64,000 nt of DNA from Chrysomallon squamiferum. Its lineage: Eukaryota; Animalia; Mollusca. The notes beneath the pieces are model-generated. The model searched no databases, was not told where the DNA came from, and saw nothing but the letters and a program-made list of their open reading frames with translations. Positions 46,753 through 59,717 of this stretch are shown one piece after another (positions within the stretch are counted from its first letter, which is position 1; the number at the start of each line of letters is the position of its first letter). The position numbers and the translations under genes are program-made. The stretch covers positions 32,674,001 to 32,738,000 of the forward strand of contig CM022665.1 of the NCBI GenBank assembly GCA_012295275.1. Reading direction: 5' to 3'.

Positions 46753-49700
46753 TTCAAACTGCTGGAGTTCATCATAGGCATGTATTTCTATAAAGTAACA
46801 GAAACAAATTAGCCTTTTTTCACATGCTTCAAAAGAAATAGTTTTTTTAAAATTATTTTGTTTTTCACTTGTATTTTTTCATACTAGATGCATTATAAAG
46901 AGTTATGAAAAGAATGGATAATTTTTTTAAGAATTTCTTTCTGCCACTGTCTAGTGTTTGTTTCAAATTTGGAATCTGTAGTGCAAATGTCTTAATGCAT
47001 CATGTTCACAAACAATTTGAAAAGTACGAAATACAAAATGTGAGAAAACAACAAATAAAGTTTTATAACTATATTTCCATTATTCTAACTGTTGGGTGAT
47101 GTTATGAATAATTATTATGACAACTGTGTGTATGTATTTCCTTCTGAAAAAAACCTGAAACATTTATCTAAATTTTTTTTTTTTTAATACGCATTATTGT
47201 TACATTACATGTGATCCAAAAACAGTTAGTTCTCACTTGAAAGTTATAACACATTAATTTAAATTTTTCAGCTGCACCTAGCATTTCCTGTGTTGAATCC
47301 TTTTCAAATGTCTTTGTTCCCTTTGACTTTTTTGGATTACAGCAGATTTTCTCTCTATCATGTGGATTTGTTCAGAATCCTTTGAATGGGTTAGTTTCAT
47401 AGCAGCTCCACCCACTTTTGTGAACACAGTACTGCCGCTGAATTGGTAACACTTTTTTTCCAGCCCTCATTGAATGACTCGCTGCCATTGCAACCCCACT
47501 GTCCACTCTTAATTTTCCCACAAAGTCTGTCTTTGGGTTTTCCCTTTCGGACATTGACGTAACAGATTTTCATCACCAAGTTGAATGTAGTCTGGCTTAC
47601 CAAACTGCCCAACTTCCCACATTTTCAGCATGGTTGCCTGGTTGTTCACCCATAGCCAGTGTTTGCAGATAAAAAAAAAAAAAAAAATAAAAATAAAAAA
47701 AAATCACTGGAAGGACCATGACGTAGTTCTTGGTCTGATAGTGATGAAAGGAAATCTGCTTCCCTGACCACCTGCATGATTTGATGACAATGTCTCATTG
47801 TCTGCCTTTTCACAAGTGGCACAAACTGTCTGCAAGTTTACAACAATGACTTTCAAATAATCACATACAATGACAGTTACTTAATGATCCACTACAATTT
47901 ACATGAGGAGTCTGAACATGGCAAATGTTCGACAAGTTTTTTCAGACACAAAAAGACAGTTGTCATCAATAACAAATGGACGATGATCTGGATCTTCACC
48001 TTTGATTTCCAAAACATTTTCCAATTTTATTTTCAAAATCGATGGGGAAGGTCATGGTGTTTGCCGATCTACAGTAGCCACTGAGTGATTCCATTTCCTC
48101 AATGACTTGCTTGTTTTGGCAGTCTCATGTTTTCTGCAATTTTTTTTTCGTGCAGTTTGTATCTGCAAAATCGCTTCCACTTCACAAATTTATGTTTTGT
48201 ACTGGTTTTCTTTCCACAATAACTCTTCATGATTTCGAAAAGTTAAATCTCAAACAACATGAACAGATGTAAACAATGTCACTGGAAATAATGCTGACAG
48301 AATGCTGCAACAAGTCACGTGACATCATACAACCAATCTGTGGGCAACTCTATTTTAATTTTTTCTCTTATATTCTCAGAGGGGGATGCATTAAATTAAA
48401 GAATATCTTCATCGAGACTGTATCTATTTTTAGAACATTGTTCCCATAATGCTCTGTGAAAATGGAGCTTTCCAACGGAATGCAGAATGTCAAATTTTAT
48501 GGAGGTTTTGAGAAACATGCAGAAATAAACGCAGAATTTGACTAAAATGTGTAAATTTTAGTGACAGGCACCTCACAAAAAGCATTTTTTTGGATATAAT
48601 TAAATTTATTTGGACTTTTTAACTTGTATGAATAGAAATCTGAACAGTTTTTGTAAATGGTCGTGTCAAAATCTCAAAAACTATTTTTTTTTTTTTAATT
48701 TTGTCATTTTTCGACAGCGTCTTAACTAAAAACAAAGTCTGGATTTTGTGAATAAAAGCACCAAACAAATAACTAAACAATAAAATTTTACCTTAAATAT
48801 TTAAGACTGAACACAAAAAGTATTAATGAAAATAACAAACCTCCTTCTATTTTTGTCTTGTAGTCCACTGACATACTGCGACCATGAGCTCCTGGGGGTC
48901 TAGGAGGTGGAGCAGGTGGAACTTGACTATCACAACTGATGGAAGATAAAAGAGCACTGGGTCTATCAGGACCAGCAGGCAAATCTTGACTAGGAGGTGG
49001 CTGTATTTTACCCTGGCCAACCATTGGAACTATTGAAAGCAAATTGAAATAATAGTCATTTTAAGCTATACAGCAAGACAAAATTCAAACAGAAGCTTAT
49101 TTTTTTAATAAAAAGAGATAATATGTCTGAAGATAATATGTAGTTCAAATTTTTACTCTGTTATGATGTGTATTTGTAATGTTATGAGCACTTAATGAAT
49201 TATATTATATTATATCACAAGTTATATTAGCCTGGTATTTTAACTGGAGGAATGGAATCAGTAAAGTAATTTTCTGTAAACAAGCTGATCTCAGACATAC
49301 AATTTCACTATTAACATTACCAGGTTAGATGTAATGGATGTCAACCAAGTTAGAATTAAATTAAATCTACTCAACTATTTATAAGATATTTATAAAATGC
49401 TTTAAATAACATGCAACATTCAGTATCTGAAGTAACTACTAAGACAAATCAACAGTTTAAAACATGCATACACAGACAATTGCTGGAGCCATAAAACGAA
49501 ATAAATCCCTCTTGTAACAAAGAAAATTAAAATAAAATTAAAATAAAATGATCTTGAAGACAGCTTAAGTAGCAAAATATATTTTGATGTCATGATGGTA
49601 ATGTTTCTGAAAAACTGTAATAGAAATGAAATCTGAATATTAATATGTCTGGATGGATGGGAGAGATGACCAAATTGATGAAAGGATGGATGGCGTATAA

Positions 49701-51930
49701 ATGGGAGGACAGATAAATATATTGTTGAGTAAATGAAATGAGATCAGCATGAAAAATAAAATGAGTAAATGAGTGACTAAATAGGGAAGAGATTAGTAAA
49801 TTTCTCTTTAACAAATAAAAGTTTAGAAAAACAATTATTGAAGAAAAAACAGAGGAATGATCTGAATACTACAGAAAAGTTAACCAGTCAAACTATTAGT
49901 TGGAATTGAACTTTTTTCTGTCAAGTTTCAAATTAGTGTTTAGAAATACATATTCTTAGTTATTTTCATTAGTTTACAAATATACTTAATCTGACGTAGT
50001 TATTTTCATCATCATGCACACATAAATGTTTTAAACAATCAATAATAAAAAAATGTAAAAGTTACAGGGCACCAAACAGAGTTTTGTACTTAAAGCATTA
50101 TAGCCAGTGAACACACTATTATTAGTGTTGTCAGAAATACAAGTACCTGTATTAGCATGTTTCTTTGGTATTGGCCTAGGTCGGCCATGGAGAGGGGCAT
50201 TATACTTGGAAGACTGATCAGAATCAACTAATGATTCGGTGAAGGAACGCAGTTTGGAGGGACTCTGATTTTCATCGTCAGGGGAAATGGGGTCATGACC
50301 TACAGGATCTGAAAGCAAGCAACCCAATAAAAACCACTACATACACAAAAACAAAACAAAACATGAAAAAAAAGAAGAAGAAGAAGAAATAATACAATAC
50401 CACTGAACAAAACATAAAAATAAAGTGCAATTAAAAATACAACAGAGAATTAATCTATTATGACATTTTTTATAACACATTAAGACAACAGAAAAAATGT
50501 GCTCAATAATAGTATTATATATTTAAAAAATTGTTCTATTCCAAATTTAAACACAAATTTAAATCAACAATCTTCAAAACAGAACAAAACAAAACAAAAA
50601 CATTTATAAAGTTATTACTTTGTACCAGGCAAACAAGAATAAAAAGGCTCAATAAAGGCTACCTTTTATTACAGTATTATAATAATTAGTACTGATTAAA
50701 TTTACTAAAATAATTTAGAAATTTCAAATTCTAACATGATAATAATCATTTGAAAAATGCAAGATTGTGAATAGTAAAAATATAGTCATGGTCAGAATCA
50801 GTGAAACAAAACATACAACCCATTAAGCCTGTGTACTTCTACAAAGATTGCAAATTCAAAACAATTTAGACTCTAAAGAGAAAGATATTTTCTAAATTCA
50901 AATAATAAAGACAAACTAAGAAACAAAAAAATAAACATAGTTCAATATATATTATGTTAACAGTCATCAAACATTCATAATTTAAACCTTACTTTTAAAT
51001 TCATATGTTTCTTTAAAAAAATATTCCCCCCCCAAATCCTTCCATTACATTAAGAACAGATGACAAAAAGCACAAGTTTGACAGACTATAATGAACAAGC
51101 AGGAGATGTTAGAAATGTTAATGGTGACCATCACCATGCTAATCACTACCTGACAAAGCCCTACCCCGGTCGTAACCATCAGAAACCAATGGCAAGCCTT
51201 CTGGTGACATTCTTACAGCTACTGGGTGAATTATATTGGAATCCTGGAAAACAAACACAGTATTTAGGGGTTTTGTTGTTGTTGTTTTTGTGGGTTTTAT
51301 TTTTTACATAGTTTTCATTTGGTTTTTGTTGTCTTTATTATTATTATTAATATTATTAGTTGTTTATTAGCCATATAACTGAGTCTTTAAGAGTAATTAG
51401 AAAACATGTTTGTTCAAAAGTGAAATTTTTATTTTTACAGCTGCAAGGAAGAAGAATATTTAAAATTACTTATCTTTTTCTTACTAATTATCATTTTATT
51501 TATTCTAAATTTGATACATGGCATAATAACAAAAAAAACAAAAAAAACAACATTATTTATAATAATAATAATGAATGCTCATAAACATATAACTAAATGC
51601 AGCTCATAAAACTTTTGCATTCTTAATTTATTACTTGTATTACAATGCAGATTTTTAAAACATAAACAGCATATGTATTTCAAATTTAAATGCCAGAACT
51701 TACTGGATCTGATGCATTAGGTTTTGCAAATTCAAAATTGACAGGTCTTATTGTTGGTGATGGTACTCCACTAGAACCAGGTGATTCTTGAATGAAACTT
51801 GCAGTCCACTAGAAACCCAGTATCAAAAATGAATAAGAATGAAGTTATTATGTCAAAGAATACTTTGAACTTTTTTTTGTTATGAACAAAATAAAAAGGG
51901 GGGGGGGCAAACAACAAGTAATGAGACACA

Positions 51931-52028
<98 letters not shown>

Positions 52029-55000
52029 AAAAAGTCTGCCCCTATTTCTTATAAAATGAAACCTTTAATATAAATTTTTATATTAATGCACTTCTAAATG
52101 TATTTATTAAATAAAATGATCATAATCAAAACAGGAAATAAGCAGAGCTGAGTAGAATAAAATACTTATAATATAAAAATATTTTACCTGTTATTTAGAA
52201 TGAAAATCTTGTTATAATATTTTTGCCTGTGATGAAGAATTAAAATGTGTAAATATTTTTAATGGAGAGGAACAAAAAAATACAAGATTTATATATAGAA
52301 ATAAAATAAAACTACTTTACTTGTGATGTTTGTGGTGAAGGTGGAGTAGCTCGCTTCAAGGTACTTCCTGGAGGTAAGTCAGCAGCAAAAGGTTCATCTA
52401 CATTTAATATTAGTAACAGTCAATATAAACAGTTTTATTTATAAAAATAATAACACTAATAACAAAAATAAATAAATAAAAATAAACATAAATAAATAAA
52501 ATATTAATCAGAGTTTCATTACAAAAAAAAAAAAAAAAAAAAAAAAAAAGAAGAATTGTAAATATTTCATTTCTGAAACGATGACAAAATTTATACTAAT
52601 ACTTATTAAATCTTTATCTGATCGGAAGAGTTCTGAAAAATTTAGAAAAACCAAAATAATTGCCATTTGATAGAGTGGAATATGGCATCAGTGATACTGG
52701 CAACTGATCTGGGAGTTCAATGTCATTACGACGTAACACAACAAGATGCATTGCTATACAAAACTCATCCAAGGAAAGGGCACCATCACGGTTCAAATCT
52801 GACAGCTGCCTGAAAAATTTTTTTAAAAAATATGTGCGATTTTTTACTTTTATTATTAATTCATTTTTTTTTTTTTTTTGCTATGGAAATATATTTAAAT
52901 CAAAGTTATAAAACAGATTTTTAAGTCATATGAATGATCCATATGGAGCACCTAACTATAGAAACATTAACATAAACCTCTTGATTAATTATGGACAGAT
53001 TTAAACCCTGCTTCAAAAAATGATATTTTCTTCTGTATCTTTCTGTGTCTTTATTTTAAGCAAGATATTATTATTATAAAATTTGAAGAAGAAATAACCA
53101 AAACAAAACCCAAGCAAACATCAATAAAAACGTTTTAAAAATAATAATATATAATTACCAAATTTTTGATAATTCCAGTACAGGCAGCTTGGATTTTTCA
53201 AAGAATTCTTTTGCAACAGGACCTGAAAGATAAAAATAAAAATAAAAATATAATAAAACATATTAGTAAATGGTAAATTTGTTAAAGTTATGTTATAAAA
53301 ACAAAATTTCAGTTCACAATTTTAAGTGATGGTCTTGGATAAAAGATGATTATTTTCATAATTATGATTATTTAGTCAAATCAACAAAATTTAAATCATA
53401 ATAACAGAGAAATATTACAGTCATTACATTAACTGTTATTTTTTTCATGTCAGTTCAGGTTGATTTATTTTAAACTGTTTCTCATAGTATTCATTCATAA
53501 ACAAAATATCTCACAAAAAAAAGAAAAAAACAAGATTTAAATTTAAAATCAATAACACAAAGATATACAATATTCATACATTACCTGTTATTATCCCAGT
53601 CAGTTCAGATTGCATTGTTTTGAACTGTTTCTCATAGTATTCACGTTGTTCTTCTGTGATTGTCCAAATATCATCAACACTCTCAGCCTCAGAACTGATA
53701 GATGAAGAGTCAAAACCTGGAGGTTCCAGTGAATCTGTCCACTTTTTAATTCCACTTCCTAGCAGCACTGTAATAATAATAATAATAATAATAAAGTTTT
53801 TAAATATTAATTAATATATACTTTAAAAAAAAGTTTAGCATGTTTTTGTAAATGACTGTTGCTTCCAAATAGATTAAAATAAAGTGATAAAACTTAGTAA
53901 TGTGTTAGTTCCATATGCCTTGTCATTCTGGTTAATGAACACCATTTTTCACAATGCACGCCACTATTTGTACTGCACTTGCAATTGCAGTGCACTCATG
54001 CTGTTGCTGAAATCACATTTTGATGCACCAAACCAACATTATCCAAAACCAAAAGGAAGAATTTATCGATATAATTGGTTGCTGTCCAAAATCAATGGAA
54101 AATCAATGTCATGGAGCAATGGGATAACTTATAACCATCTAACGCGTACACAACATTGCTCAGTACTTTTGTGTTTGTGACAGTTCCATATCACAATTCC
54201 AACAATGCATACACCAAACTTGGCAAGTGCAAGATCAACCAACACTGGTGATGCAAACAAAAGGATCAGACAAGACCTCATTTCTTCCTCAAACTGAAGG
54301 AGAAATGACATCTTGTAAAGAAGAAATGAGACAATAATCTAGATGTATTGAAAAACCGCATATTTATTTAAACACACAGCACAGACATTTGTACACGTCA
54401 CCATTTTTTCAGAGCCTTGCTGAATCGAAACAAATAATGTCTGTTCAATACTCAGAAATCCTCTTAAAGTCATCAGTGTATTATTCAGTTGTATTCTCTT
54501 TTTTCTTTATGATTACTTGCAGCCTTGTGTCTCAGGCCCCTGTTTCTTTTTGTCCATGTAATTATATGCAGACATTTATCATGTTCATCTCAGTTAATTT
54601 AATATGTATACAAGTTTAAAAGAACTGTTGTATATCAGATGTGAATGCTTCTTTCCAGCCATTTTCTCAGCATTGCCAGTGCTTCAGTGTTTGCACACTG
54701 AATGTGATTTTAATTGCATTTATCATTTATTATTGTGATTGCACAAACAGATTTTCCTGTTCCCCACTTTCTTATAGGATGGAAGAACTTTGCTGCATAA
54801 TATTTGATGTTTTTGAACATGAATAATAATGTGGTGGATTTTTTTTGCTGAATGTCTTGCATGATGACAGCCAGATGAAGAGAAATCAAATCTAGACTTA
54901 ATGTGTGGGATGTAAAATTCTATATATAGTAAGCACAATAGCCAGCAATAATGCAAAAATAGGATCAGTTTCTATTCCCAAAAATTATTGTGTAACTCAT

Positions 55001-58000
55001 GGCAACACATTTAGTCTGCACATCTCTAGGTGTCTCTTTTCTATGTCCTGGCAAAAAATCACATCTTGTTTGCAACATTCTTAAAACAGAGCATTTTTGC
55101 AGCTATTCATTCACACAGCTAGTCACATGATGATGATCTTCTTCAGTGTGACCAGCTGGTGATAAACATCCATCTCTGTAATACTTGAAAATACACGTGA
55201 AGTCTCTATCAGTTAACTGGAAGATTTGTTTGTTGTCATTAAAAATGTTCAGTGATGCTTGCAGGGGAAACAAAAAGGCCTATTAATGATCTTTACACTC
55301 TCTTTTTGCTGATAGAAGGTGATGAGCTGGAAAAGTTGGCAGCATTATTTTTAACATGTTTGTGATTTATTTATTCAGTATCTTGCACAATAAATGTAGA
55401 ACAGCAATAAAATATTTTGTTTTTCCTCGATGATTTATTAACAAATATAATTTAATGGAAATAACAAAAGTCTGCTAGCCAATTACAAAATATAGTCAAA
55501 TGATTATTGGACAAAATGGAAGAAAAATGCACTTCCAAGTAATATCATTAAAATATTAAAAATAAATAAAAATGAAGATGACTTAGAACGTAACCTTGGG
55601 TTTTTTCGTCCATGTCGTCTCCAAGTGTGAACCATGGGTAGATTTATGATAAATGAATACAAATAATACTGTATTCTTAACATACTGTTGGCTTTTTTCA
55701 CAGAAAAATTTATGTTTTCAAAGCTTTTAGAGGATGGGGTTGTTCTTGTTTTGGTAACTTAAACATTTCAATATTTCAATACATCTTTTATTGAACCATA
55801 TTCATCAGTTAATTGGATTGTTGTTTTAATATCAAACAGATGCTGTGAAATTAAAAGTAATCAAAATAATTCAGCAATCCATCTTTGAAGTTTAAAATGA
55901 TTCTTTCATCTATTACCAAAATCCAAAACAAATGACTTACTATGAGCATCTTCTTCTTCAAACATTGCCCAGTTTCCATTTTCAGTAGCAGAATTAATAT
56001 ACGCTCCTCCAGACAGAGCCACTGGATTAACATGTCCTGTATCAATAGCTGTCTGTTCTGAATTCACAGCTGTTGTGACAGCTGCTGCTGGAAATGATGC
56101 AGGTGCTGTCTGTTGCTTCAACAGCTGTCGTCTAGCTGGTGGTGAAGATGGAGGTGTTCTGGTTGGGGAATATGGAGGTGATTTAGAATCATCAACCTCA
56201 TCTCGACTAGACACCTGCTAAGCAATTAAATAAAATATTTTATAAAAGGTTAAATTCCAAACATTTTTAAAATTTTATTTCTTTGTCTGTTACTGATGGG
56301 TTTTTTATTCTTTTTTTTTTGGGGGGGGGGGGGCAAAAAGAATTTTGTGATATACAGAACTATTAAAGTAGAAACATGCTATCAGAATATTTTTGCCCAA
56401 AGATTTCACATGCACAGATTTCCAAGGACAGCAATACATTTAACAATAAATTTAACAACTTTTAGAAGTAGTCTAGAATTTAAATGTCAAAGATTATAAT
56501 AATGAAAAGAAAAAAAAGAAACAAAGCCATTAAAAGCTTTACAATAATCTCCATCTGTTCACAAATTGTGGACAAGTATTAATTAATCTCATTCCAGCAA
56601 CAGCCATATCACCAATTTATCTATGGCCATGGTAAGATGCACATAAATGAAGACTTGCTGCAAATCTATCTGGAATGACTACAGTAAGTATCCCTTTTTC
56701 ATATCATTATTATACAATGTAAATGTGACTGACATCTAATAACTGTTAACAGTAAAATTTGTTGAAGTGTTATTAAACAAATATTCATCACAGTTAAAAA
56801 CTGTAATGGTGAATTAATCAATGATCCCATTTTCTATTACAAAAATAAAACACTGAATACAGTACAGAATGAACTGGCAGATCAATAAGGTACAAAATAA
56901 CTATATCACACTGTCATCAATATTGAATTAAAAAAAACAATACTAAATCTTATGTAATAATTATATAATTTACAATACAATAATGGTATTAACTATTTTT
57001 CTATCAGTCTCACAAAAAGACTGTTTTCTGTTGTTCATTTGGATTTATTTCCCATATGTGATGTTTTTCGTCAAAACCATGATCATTGATGACAATATTC
57101 TAAACAATCACATTAAATGTGAAATTACCAATGATAAGATGACAGATATAAACAGAAATATATATCAGAATGCAGAGACTATAATGTCCTATAAATAAGA
57201 ATTGATCATGAAAGATGACGAAAGTTATTATTCCAAATTATTGGTAATTACTGAAATGAATTGGGGACTGTGAAAAAATTAAATGAAAGATAAGAAGTCC
57301 TATAAATGTAATTAGTAATGAAGATAGCAACAAAATGTTCTTCAAACACACATATATACACAAAAAAACAACAAAATAAAACCAAACAAATTTTTAAAAA
57401 ATATTGCCAATGAAATAACATGGAAATTACTAATATTACTGACAAATTATTTAAATCTCTTAATTAAAAACAAAATTCTATAACAAAAATAAAGTTTTCA
57501 GTTTATACATTCAAAGCTTTATTAAAAGTAAATATGTAAATATGTTAAATAAAACTATCAAAATAAAATTATTTATACATCTCTAATTCAGTAAATTATA
57601 TGTGAATGTTTTTACATCTAAATAAGTATGTTAGTATTATAAAAATAGAATTACTGTATATTATCCAGCACTTAGTAAATAAGAATGTTTAACAAAACTG
57701 TATAAATACCTGTTGGGGCTGCTGAGGTATATATGATGATTGACCATCAAGTACCATGCCTCTGTATTGTCCAGATAAACTTCGAGTGTGAGATTTCTTG
57801 CCTGAAGGTGGTGGAGGCAACTGACCAGTTTGTTGCTGGATGGGTTTGCTAAAGAACCGAAATCATGTTTTACTAATAACAGACAAATTGATATTTGTGT
57901 GTGGGAACATGAGTGCATACATTTTATCTTTTATATTATAATTATTTTTTAATGCTATGAATGATTTTAAAAATTGAATGTTCAAAAAAATTCAATAAAA

Positions 58001-58134
58001 TCTCAGTGTAATTTGTAAAATGAAAATAAAAGAAAAAAAAAGAAAGAAAAAAAGTCTTTTAATCTTTCAAACTACTAATGAATTATGAACTAACAATGTA
58101 AAGTGCTACCATAATAAAATATCCTTATGCTAAA

Positions 58135-58175
<41 letters not shown>

Positions 58176-59447
58176 ACACAATTTTTTTTTAGTGAATTAG
58201 AGGAGTAAAAACAAATTATACATAAAATTTAAAGATTACTAATTCAGCACAAAGCTAAAGATCCAGAATAATTATAATTATTTAATTAATTAATTAATAA
58301 AAATCAACAAACCTATCACTCATAGACATTATTTCCGAGTCAGTACCAAGGTGAAATCGTCTGTCTCCAGGAGCTTGAAATAAAATATAAACACAAATAA
58401 TACATACCATGTGAAAGCTGTATTTCTGCTTAAAATAACTTCTTGGAATAATGCCATGCTTTAAAGTGAATTAGGAATAGTTATTTTACCTTTTAAAACA
58501 AAAATAAAAATATATTTTAAAAAATATAAGACTAAAACTTGGGAAATCTGATACTGTTTCTTTTAAAATATTTAAAGATTAAAACAGTCCAGATTTCCAA
58601 AAAGGTTAATTTTATTTTGTGTAAAACATTACAGTGTAAAAATTATCAGTATATTAAAAATATTAACATTACTTACACAAACTCGAATCTGAATTTATTA
58701 AATAATACCATTTAACATTTTTTTAAACAACGTGTATGATACATTAAACTTTAAACCAAATACAATTTAATTTACTAACCTTGGTCACTTATCTTCCCAA
58801 ACTTTGGCAAAGGAATGTCTATACCTGAAACACAAAACAAACATTCTCAGTTTTAAAACAATATGTTACAGATTATCATAACTAATGCTATATGATGTTT
58901 AAAATATATGGAATTAACAAACAACTGAATTGTCACTGATACTGAGTATTTTAATTGTCATCATCCACATAGAAAACAATTAAAAACCAGTCAACCCATT
59001 TTGACTTCAGTACATAATAACCTTTATGCAACTAAAATACTGTTGCAGCATCAGTGCAGAATATTCCATTATTGGGATTCCTGCTTAAAAATATCAACCC
59101 ATCTTTAAATGAAACTTTCCACCATCCCATAATAAGGCAATGCATGTACAGCTTGAATAATTACATCACTGAAGGGGTTAAGAAACATTATCTAGAAATT
59201 GATACCTATGTATTTATATTATATACTTGTATTTAATCTTACTTCCTTCACAACTGAATAATACTGAAAATCAAATTAACCGTTTTACATTTCTTTTGCC
59301 TAAACTTTATTAATAATAAAGCATCAAAATGACATCATTTAACATTTTTTATAAAATTCCCAGATGTTCTGAAGATAAATTTTTTTTTTTTTTTTAACCA
59401 CATTTTGTCAGATTATTTTACCAGGATTAGTTGTTGTTTGATTATTA

Positions 59448-59494
<47 letters not shown>

Positions 59495-59686
59495 TTAATT
59501 ATTATTATTATTTTAAAAAAAATTTAATTTTAAATATAATTTTAAGTGTTTCAGCCAGAAATAAGTAATGATAAATACATTTAATTTACATTATTCTGAT
59601 AGAAAAATAAATTTAATCACATTCTGGAGAGCACAATTTTTTTTTGGGGGGGATATTTATTTATTTATTTTTGTTGTTGTTATTGA

Positions 59687-59717
<31 letters not shown>

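Noticed and set aside
51771-52073. ERERER and [12 protein letters not shown] ORFs
   Set aside because: Dinucleotide microsatellite translations.
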